DNA of 32,000 nt from Mycolicibacterium smegmatis. GTDB taxonomy: Bacteria; Actinomycetota; Actinomycetes; Mycobacteriales; Mycobacteriaceae. Below, in pieces: positions 17,756-24,776 of this stretch. The notes beneath the pieces are model-generated. The model was not told where the DNA came from. It did no database searches and saw nothing but the letters and a program-made list of their open reading frames with translations. Within the stretch, counting starts at the first letter, position 1; the number at the start of each line of letters is the position of its first letter. Made by a program: the position numbers and the translations under genes. The stretch covers positions 3,510,001 to 3,542,000 of the forward strand of contig NZ_LN831039.1 of NCBI RefSeq assembly GCF_001457595.1, written 5' to 3'.

Positions 17756-18735
17756 CAACGTTGGAGGCCATGGTCGATCGAGACCTGCGGGCACTGATCG
17801 ACTCGGTGCTGGCGAACCACGCCTGCCATGACGACCAGAAGCTGTGGCAGACGTTCGGCGAGCTCGGACTCGCCGACCTGACGCAGAGCGAGGAGCGTGG
17901 TGGAAGCGGCGCTTCCTGGCCCGAGGCGGCAGCGCTGGCACGCGCACTGGCTCGCCGCGGTTGCAGGCTGGAGGTGTCCGAGAGCGACCTCGTGGCGGGC
18001 TGGCTGCTCGAGCAGGCAGGTGCACCGCCGCGGCAGGCGTTACGCATCGCACTCTTCGACGACGAACACATCAACGTGCCCACCGCATCCGGTCTCGTCG
18101 AACGCGTCGCGGTGGTCGGCCATGACGGCGAGGAGTATCACGTCAGCGACGTCCCCGTCACGGACATCGGCGGTGACAGGGAGGGTGATCTCCACCGTGA
18201 CGAAGACCGTCGCGATCGCCACCTCATCACCCGGGAGACCTTCGAGCTGGCGCGGACGCGTCGGTCACTGGTGCGGGCCATCCAGATCAGCGCGACGCTG
18301 GAGACCATAGCGGAGCTCGCGATCGAGTACGCGCAAACTCGCGAGCAGTTCGGCCGCCCCATCGGTAAACAGCAAGCCGTGCAACGCATGATCGCCATCA
18401 TCGCCGGAGAGTCGGCACTGGCGCGTGCTGCGACCGACGCCGCGGTGTTGGCCGTCTCCGACGACGCCACGCCCGCAACGCAGGTCGCCGCCATGGTCGC
18501 GGTCGCCCGCTCATGCTGTGGACACGCAGTCGATCCCGTCATACGGAACGCCCACCAGGTGATCGGTGCCATCGGAACCACCCGCGAGCACCCGCTGCAC
18601 GTGTTCACCTCCGCCGCATTGGCTCTTCGCGACCGAGACCGCTCCACTCGGGAATGGGATGCCGCTGTACTCGACTTGACCATTCAGGCACAACCACTCA
18701 GCGACCTCGACCTCACGCCGGTTCGCACCAAATGA
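17752..18735 (+). CDS. Acyl-CoA dehydrogenase-like, divergent partner subunit
   Basis: Start MTTLEAMVDRDLR at 17752 (ATGA overlap). C-terminal ACAD motif AIEYAQTREQFGRPIGKQQAVQRMIA; shortened central domain. Confidence 0.88.
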   Translation: MTTLEAMVDRDLRALIDSVLANHACHDDQKLWQTFGELGLADLTQSEERGGSGASWPEAAALARALARRGCRLEVSESDLVAGWLLEQAGAPPRQALRIALFDDEHINVPTASGLVERVAVVGHDGEEYHVSDVPVTDIGGDREGDLHRDEDRRDRHLITRETFELARTRRSLVRAIQISATLETIAELAIEYAQTREQFGRPIGKQQAVQRMIAIIAGESALARAATDAAVLAVSDDATPATQVAAMVAVARSCCGHAVDPVIRNAHQVIGAIGTTREHPLHVFTSAALALRDRDRSTREWDAAVLDLTIQAQPLSDLDLTPVRTK

Positions 18736-18746
18736 AAGGATCAACG

Positions 18747-19166
18747 ATGACCGACGCGACCCGCACCTGCGAGATTCCCGATTCGATGCAGCACAAGGTG
18801 ATCTCGCTTGCCGATGCCCCGGAGATCCCCGGGCGCCGCACCTTCCTGCAGTATTTCGACGTCGGTATTGCCGACGCGAGCAATGGGCTCATCAGCACCC
18901 AGGTGACCAGAGTCCGTGCCGGCATGAGCAATCCGACCGGTTGGCACTACCACGACTGCGTGTTCCAGTGGCTGTTGATCACCAAGGGCTGGCTGGAGTT
19001 GCAGTTCGAAAACGGTGAGAGCAAGCGCATCGAGCAGGGAAGCGTCTGCTTCATCCCGGGTGGCTACCGCCACAACGAAACCGGGACCTCGGATGATCTG
19101 GAGTTCGTCGAGATCTTCATGCCTCCCAAGCCGCGGACTGTTGCTGTTGAATCACCACTGGCCTGA
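18747..19166 (+). CDS. Small single-domain cupin protein
   Basis: GWHYHDCVFQWLLITKGWLELQFENGESKRIEQGSVCFIPGGYRHNE; AAAGGA RBS before ATG 18747. Confidence 0.82.
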   Translation: MTDATRTCEIPDSMQHKVISLADAPEIPGRRTFLQYFDVGIADASNGLISTQVTRVRAGMSNPTGWHYHDCVFQWLLITKGWLELQFENGESKRIEQGSVCFIPGGYRHNETGTSDDLEFVEIFMPPKPRTVAVESPLA

Positions 19167-19192
19167 ACCATCGCCGAGACAAGGACGTCCGC

Positions 19193-19969
19193 ATGGAACT
19201 GCGTTTCACCGAGTCAGACTCGGTTCTCATCACGGGCGGCTCGCGTGGCATCGGTGCTGCCACCGCACAGCTGTTCGCGGCCGAGGGGGTGGGTCGGATC
19301 CATCTGGTCGGGCGTGACAAGGATTCACTCGAACAGTTGCGTGCCGGTATCGACGCCGACGTGACCTGTCATGCCCTCGACCTGTCCTCACCGACGGATC
19401 GGGCCCAACTGGCCGAAACAGTCGCCGAGACAGACATTTTGATCAACAATGCCGGCGCGATACCGCAGGGTTCCTTGGACGACGCCGATCTCGCGGCGTG
19501 GCAACGTGCCTGGGAGCTCAAGGTGTGGGGATACCTCGAGCTGAGCCAGATGGCACTCAGAGCCATGAAGGCCCGCAAATCCGGAGTGATCGTCAACGTG
19601 GTCGGATTGTCCGGCGAGCGTCCGGATGCCGGATATCTGGCCGGTTCCATGGCCAACTCGGCCCTGATGACCTTCACCCGCGCGGTCGGCGCGTACTCCT
19701 TGGATGACGGTGTACGCGTCGTCGCGGTCAATCCCGGACCGGTGCAGACACAGCGCTTGCTCGATGCGCTGCACGTCAGGGCCCGCACGGATTTGGGTGA
19801 TTCCCAACGGTGGCCGGAGTTCGTCGCGCACTATCCGGCACAGCGTATGGCCACCGCGGAGGAAGTGGCCGACACCATCGCGTTTCTGGCGTCACGTCGA
19901 AGCAGCTACACCAGCGGCACCGTGGTCACGTTGGACGGGGGTATGGCCTGGCGCGGCCGCGCACTGTGA
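19193..19969 (+). CDS. SDR-family NAD(P)-dependent oxidoreductase
   Basis: VLITGGSRGIGAATAQLF, NNAG, catalytic region DAGYLAGSMANSALMTFTRAVG (Tyr followed by unusual M/N instead of the common YxxxK Lys). Confidence 0.88.
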   Translation: MELRFTESDSVLITGGSRGIGAATAQLFAAEGVGRIHLVGRDKDSLEQLRAGIDADVTCHALDLSSPTDRAQLAETVAETDILINNAGAIPQGSLDDADLAAWQRAWELKVWGYLELSQMALRAMKARKSGVIVNVVGLSGERPDAGYLAGSMANSALMTFTRAVGAYSLDDGVRVVAVNPGPVQTQRLLDALHVRARTDLGDSQRWPEFVAHYPAQRMATAEEVADTIAFLASRRSSYTSGTVVTLDGGMAWRGRAL

Positions 19970-19978
19970 GTCGTCGGC

Positions 19979-20737
19979 CTAACCGGCCTGCTCCCAACGT
20001 CGGCGGTGCGACGTCAACAGCTCGACCAGTTCGTCCCTGCGGCTGTGGATCTCCTCGTGCGGCCCGACCACGCTGACCGCCGCAACCGTGCGACCACCCT
20101 CACGTACGGCCACGGCCACACCATCTGCGACTTCCGAGATATGCGGCGCCGCACAGACTCCGGTCTCCTGAATCGCTTCGAGTTCGTTCAGGAATCGTTC
20201 GCGGTTCGTGTCCTCCTCGGCAGGAAGTGAACTCAGATAGCTCCATAGGTCCCGGCGCGCGAAACCTGCCAGCAGAACCCATCCACTCGACGTGCGGATG
20301 AGCGACCGGCGTACCAGGTTCTTGGCCAGGTAGTCGTAACGTGGAGTCGAGGAGCAACTGTCGACATAGAACACGCCCTGCCCCACGACGACCGACAGCA
20401 AGGTCGTCAGGCCGGCATCGGCGTGTACCGCCTCGAGCTCCTGATGACCGACCTGTGTCACGAGATGCCGGCCGGCCATGAGGTTCAACAGATACGGTGC
20501 ACCCCCGAGTCGATAGCGACGGTCATGCTCGTCGAGATAACCCGCGGCGACCAGACCGTTGACGAGACCTTGCAGGGAACTCAACGGGGCGTCCAGGAGT
20601 CGGGCGAGTTCGGTGAGCGTGAGCCCGTCATGGTTACGGGCGGCCAGTTCGAGGATGCCGGCAACACGATCGACCATGCGGTGCCGTTTGCGAACGGGGT
20701 TCGCGGGCTCGGAGTGTGCCGAACGCTCGGGGGTCAT
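19979..20737 (-). CDS. IclR-family transcriptional regulator
   Basis: MVDRVAGILELAARNHDGLTLTELARLLDAPLSSLQGLVNGLVAAGYLDEHDRRYRLG HTH and IclR effector domain (YLAKNLVRRSLIRTSSGWVLLAG). Confidence 0.9.
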   Translation of the reverse strand: MTPERSAHSEPANPVRKRHRMVDRVAGILELAARNHDGLTLTELARLLDAPLSSLQGLVNGLVAAGYLDEHDRRYRLGGAPYLLNLMAGRHLVTQVGHQELEAVHADAGLTTLLSVVVGQGVFYVDSCSSTPRYDYLAKNLVRRSLIRTSSGWVLLAGFARRDLWSYLSSLPAEEDTNRERFLNELEAIQETGVCAAPHISEVADGVAVAVREGGRTVAAVSVVGPHEEIHSRRDELVELLTSHRRRWEQAG

Positions 20738-20757
20738 GGAACCATTGAACCACACAC

Positions 20758-20771
20758 TACTTAAATACGTA
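20758..20771. promoter_or_regulatory. Candidate operator 3: TACTTAAATACGTA (12/14 match to operator 1)
   Basis: 21-34 bp upstream of the IclR gene start. Confidence 0.5.
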
Positions 20772-20793
20772 GATCACTACGCCGGCGATTGTG

Positions 20794-22125
20794 TCAGTGT
20801 CGCGCTGCCGTGTCTTCGACGCCGCACCATCGCGCGACGAAGAGCGCGATCGACTTGGTGATGCGGCGGACCGACTCGATGTCGACCCGCTCGTCGAAAC
20901 CGTGGATGTCCTTGGAGATCGGACCGTACACCAGCGCCGGGATGTTCGCGTACTGGACGAAGACCCGGCCGTCCAGGTAACCGGGGGTCGTGAAACTCTG
21001 CAGCGGGGCACCGCCGAAGGCGTCGGCGTGGCTCTCCCCCAGGATCGCCTCGGCATCCGAACCCTCCTCCAACACATAGCCTTCGGCGTAGAACCCGGTG
21101 GCCGTCGCCTCGGCCGAGACCGGGTGGCCGTTGCCGTCGTGTTCGATGGCGGCGAGTTCGGCCGTGATCTCGGACCACGCCTCGTCCGCCGTGATGCCGG
21201 GATAGAACGCGATCCTCAGATCGAGTTCGCACCACGCGGGCACGCTGGAGTTCCAGTCGCCGCCTTTGATCTTGCCGACGTTGAGGTTGATGGGGTGCTC
21301 GAGGTCCTCGAAGTGGCGGTGTTTCCCCTTCTCGGCGTTCCAGCGCTCCTCCAGCCTGCGCAACCTCTCGACCACGAAATACGCCGCGTCGATCGCGTTG
21401 AAGCCGGAACTCATCTCGCGGGGGTGGGTGGGATGCCCCGCGACCCGAACGCGGAACCAGATGGTGCCGACGTTCGCGCGGACCAGCATGTCCTCTTCGG
21501 GTTCGGGAATCAGGACGGCGTCGGCCGTGTAGCCGCGCATCAACGCCGAAAGTGAACCGTTGCCCGTGCACTCCTCCTCCACCACGGATTCGAAGTGGAT
21601 GCGGCCCAGCGGTTCCAGTCGGGCGGCGCGTAGTGCGTCGAAAGCGAACAGGTTGGCCACCAATCCGGCCTTCATGTCACCGCTACCGCGTCCGTACAGC
21701 CACCCGTCGACGACCTCGGCCTCCCACGGCGAACGCTGCCACTGGGCTTCCGGACCTTCGGGAACGACGTCGATGTGGCCGTTGAGGATCAGTGATCGAC
21801 CGAGCTCCTGACGGGGGCGGTAGGTGCCCACGACGTTGTCGACGCCCCGGTAGGAGATCTCGACCTTTCCGGCGCCGGGATGTGTCGCGAGTTGCTCGGG
21901 ATCGAGTTCCCAGCGGTCCATCTCCAGGCCGCGTCCCGACATGGCGCCGTAGAGCAGATCCTGCGCGGAAGCCTCGTCTCCGCGCAGGGACGGGTGGCGG
22001 ACCAGCTCTTGCGTGAACTTCAGCTGCCTGTCGAACTGCGCATCCACCGCGGCGAGGATCCGGTCGCGCTGCTCTGGAGTGAGTGCCGGAACGGTGGCGT
22101 GGGTCTTGGCGTGGATAGTTGTCAC
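20794..22125 (-). CDS. M20-family metallopeptidase/amidohydrolase (ArgE/DapE-like)
   Basis: SLILNGHIDVVPEG, YGRGSGDMKAGLVANLFAF, ESVVEEECTGNGSL; GTG start. Confidence 0.92.
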   Translation of the reverse strand: MTTIHAKTHATVPALTPEQRDRILAAVDAQFDRQLKFTQELVRHPSLRGDEASAQDLLYGAMSGRGLEMDRWELDPEQLATHPGAGKVEISYRGVDNVVGTYRPRQELGRSLILNGHIDVVPEGPEAQWQRSPWEAEVVDGWLYGRGSGDMKAGLVANLFAFDALRAARLEPLGRIHFESVVEEECTGNGSLSALMRGYTADAVLIPEPEEDMLVRANVGTIWFRVRVAGHPTHPREMSSGFNAIDAAYFVVERLRRLEERWNAEKGKHRHFEDLEHPINLNVGKIKGGDWNSSVPAWCELDLRIAFYPGITADEAWSEITAELAAIEHDGNGHPVSAEATATGFYAEGYVLEEGSDAEAILGESHADAFGGAPLQSFTTPGYLDGRVFVQYANIPALVYGPISKDIHGFDERVDIESVRRITKSIALFVARWCGVEDTAARH

Positions 22126-22181
22126 GGGATCATCCGCCCATCATGAGTCGAGGTGTCAAATCTGTTGTTTCCGGATCTGTT

Positions 22182-23504
22182 TCAGGAAGTCGCCGGTTGG
22201 TGCTCGACCGGGTCGTGGCGCAGTCGCATGCGTTCGCCGGCCAACCCGCCGATGGCGGTGATGGCACAGATGCCGATGAGCACCAGGGCGGCGGGCCAGG
22301 AGGCGCCGTCGCCGACCGCGAGCAGAGCCGTGGCGATCAACGGCAGGAAACCACTCAGCGCTCCAGCGAGGTTGTATCCCAGCGACACGCCGCTGTACCG
22401 CAACGCAGGCGGAAACAGCTCGGCCAGAAGCGCTCCCGTCACTGCGTAGGCCAGCGTGATCAAGGCGATACCGCACGCGACTGCCGCAGTGATGGCCCAG
22501 GCGTTGCGGGTGTCGATCAGCCAGAACAGGGGGAATGCCGCAACTGCGGTCGTCACCGCCCCGGCGACGGTCATCCGGCCGGGGCCGAACCTCTCAGAGA
22601 GGCGCCCGGCGAAGATGGTCACCGCGATCTGCAGTACCGCGGCCACCAGCGTCGCGTTCACCATCACCTGACGGTCGACCGCCAGCACGTTACTGCCGTA
22701 ACTGACGACGAACGTCGTCATGATGTAGAAGCCACCCACGCCGAGCAACGCGGCCGCCACGGCAACCAGAAGCCGGCCACCGGCGTTGCGCACGAGCTGG
22801 AGTACGGGCACCTCGGCCGCGGCTTCCAGCTCGGCGAGACGCTTGAACACCGGCGACTCCTCCATCGTCAGCCGGATCCACAGCGCCACGCCGAGCAGCG
22901 GGAACGCGGCCAGGAATGGCAGTCGCCAGCCCCACGAATCGAACGACTCCGATGGCAGCATGAGCACCAGGGCGAACGCCCCGGACGAGACCAGAGTGCC
23001 GACAGGCGAGCCGATCTGAACCAGCGCGGCGAACCGACCGCGTTGCTTGATCGGTGAGTGTTCGATGGCCATGGTGGTGGCACCGCCCCACTCGCCGCCG
23101 ACGGCGAGACCCTGTACCAGACGCAGTATCGCGAGCATGGCCGGAGCGGCGATCCCGACGGCGGCATAGTCGGGCAGAACGCCCACCAGCCCTGTCGCAC
23201 AACCGATCATGATGATGGTCGCCAACAGCGCCGGTCGCCTCCCGTACCGGTCGCCGATGTAACCGAAGATGACCGCGCCTATCGGCCGCGCGGCGAAGCC
23301 GACGCCGAAGGTTGCGAACGACGCCAACGTCGCGGCCGCAGGGTCCAGGTCGGTGAAGAACAGCCTGTTGAACACCAGCGCTGCCGCTGTGCCGAACAGG
23401 AAGTAGTCGTACCACTCGAGCGCTGTGCCGACGAACGCCGCAAACGCGATGCGTCTGGCGTCGCTGCCGGAAAGCTCCACCGCTTCATCGGTGACACGAT
23501 TCAT
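22182..23504 (-). CDS. MFS transporter, MHS-like
   Basis: MNRVTDEAVELSGSDARRIAFAAFVGTALEWYDYFLFGTAAALVFNRLFF...RPIGAVIFGYIGDRYGRRPAL. Confidence 0.92.
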   Translation of the reverse strand: MNRVTDEAVELSGSDARRIAFAAFVGTALEWYDYFLFGTAAALVFNRLFFTDLDPAAATLASFATFGVGFAARPIGAVIFGYIGDRYGRRPALLATIIMIGCATGLVGVLPDYAAVGIAAPAMLAILRLVQGLAVGGEWGGATTMAIEHSPIKQRGRFAALVQIGSPVGTLVSSGAFALVLMLPSESFDSWGWRLPFLAAFPLLGVALWIRLTMEESPVFKRLAELEAAAEVPVLQLVRNAGGRLLVAVAAALLGVGGFYIMTTFVVSYGSNVLAVDRQVMVNATLVAAVLQIAVTIFAGRLSERFGPGRMTVAGAVTTAVAAFPLFWLIDTRNAWAITAAVACGIALITLAYAVTGALLAELFPPALRYSGVSLGYNLAGALSGFLPLIATALLAVGDGASWPAALVLIGICAITAIGGLAGERMRLRHDPVEHQPATS

Positions 23505-23566
23505 GCCTTCCAGTCTGTTAGCGGATACTCCAACCCACAATCGCAGGGCTCCTAAGAATCGGCCGC

Positions 23567-23572
23567 TAGAGT
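23567..23572 (+). promoter_or_regulatory. Candidate -10 element TAGAGT of a leaderless PucR-type gene
   Basis: Six nt separate TAGAGT from ATG 23579. Confidence 0.3.
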
Positions 23573-23578
23573 GTGCAG

Positions 23579-24712
23579 ATGCACAACCGGCTGGAGGGCG
23601 AGGGTCTGCCCGGGGTGACCGCCTGCCTCGCGGATCTCGAGACCATCGCCACTGCTTACGTCCGGCAGGTCCGCACCCTCACCGGCTATGCGAACTCGGT
23701 GGTCAGCGATGACGACCTGCACCAGACCGCCCGCACAACGCTGCGACTGCTGTTCGAGATGATCAAGGGCGAGGACCGATTGGCAGAACTGCAGGAGTAC
23801 TCCGAGAACATCGGCCGCCGCCGCGCACGCCAGCAGGTTCCGCTCGAGTCACTCCTGCGCGCGGTACGAATGGATTTCCCCTTCATCTGGGAGGCGCTGT
23901 CGGCACACACCGCGGGCGGCGCGTCGGCCATCTCGGACTCTGTCGTGTGGATCTGGAACGCCGTCGAACGACACACCACCAACGTGCAGACCGGCTACCT
24001 CGACGAAATATCGAGGGTGAACGCCGAACTCGAACTGGAGCGCAACTTCCTGCTCCGGCAACTGCTCAGTGAGGGCAGCCGAGACCCACAGCTCCATCGG
24101 CAGGCGGCCGCCGCACTCGGTCTGCCTGCCGACGGCGAATTCGTCGTGGTCGTGTCAGGGGACCAGTACCCCAACGAATTCGCACGGTCGATCGCCCACT
24201 GCGCCCCTCGGTCACCGGTACTACAGCTCGAAGGTGTCGAGTTCGCCATCCTCACCGCAGACGCGTTGCAACCTGAGGCAGCGAGGGTTCTGCTCGACAT
24301 CCCGGCTGGGATCTCGCCTCCCGCGAGCGGCCTCTCCGAGATAGCCGGCATGTGGCACCTCGCGCGTGAACTGTCCGGGTGGGCTGAACCCGGCCGCGCC
24401 GCCACAGTGGCCCTGCACTGGGACAAGATCGCCGCACAGCGCCTGGGCGTCGTCGGAACAGCTTTTGTCAGACAGGCTTTGGCCCAGCTGTCGTCACTGC
24501 CTCCGCGCGATCAGACCTTGCTCACGGACACGCTGCGCATCTATCTCGACACCGGTTCCGTCACCGAGACCGCTCGCAGGCTCTACTGCCATCGCAACAC
24601 CGTCATCAACCGACTGGCCAGGGTGACCAGCAGTACCGGCCTCGACCCGGCAGTCCCTCGCGATGCGGGCGCGTTGCGACTGCTGCTGGCGGTCGACGCA
24701 GCCGCCGACTGA
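23579..24712 (+). CDS. PucR-type helix-turn-helix transcriptional regulator
   Basis: Central GGDEF-like/CdaR-like region and C-terminal LTDTLRIYLDTGSVTETARRLYCHRNTVINRLARV (PucR HTH). Alternative GTG at 23573. Confidence 0.87.
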   Translation: MHNRLEGEGLPGVTACLADLETIATAYVRQVRTLTGYANSVVSDDDLHQTARTTLRLLFEMIKGEDRLAELQEYSENIGRRRARQQVPLESLLRAVRMDFPFIWEALSAHTAGGASAISDSVVWIWNAVERHTTNVQTGYLDEISRVNAELELERNFLLRQLLSEGSRDPQLHRQAAAALGLPADGEFVVVVSGDQYPNEFARSIAHCAPRSPVLQLEGVEFAILTADALQPEAARVLLDIPAGISPPASGLSEIAGMWHLARELSGWAEPGRAATVALHWDKIAAQRLGVVGTAFVRQALAQLSSLPPRDQTLLTDTLRIYLDTGSVTETARRLYCHRNTVINRLARVTSSTGLDPAVPRDAGALRLLLAVDAAAD

Positions 24713-24776
24713 TGACGTCACATTCTTGAAACTTCACGACAACATCTAGGTCATCGACTGCGCCGACGATCTTGGT

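Noticed and set aside
16460-18052. 530-codon ORF on the minus strand
   Set aside because: Antisense to two clear acyl-CoA dehydrogenase genes; Arg/Pro-rich translation with no domain, typical of high-GC mirror ORFs.
22119-23057. 312-codon plus-strand ORF
   Set aside because: Mirror of the MFS transporter; low-complexity Arg/Gln/His-rich translation.
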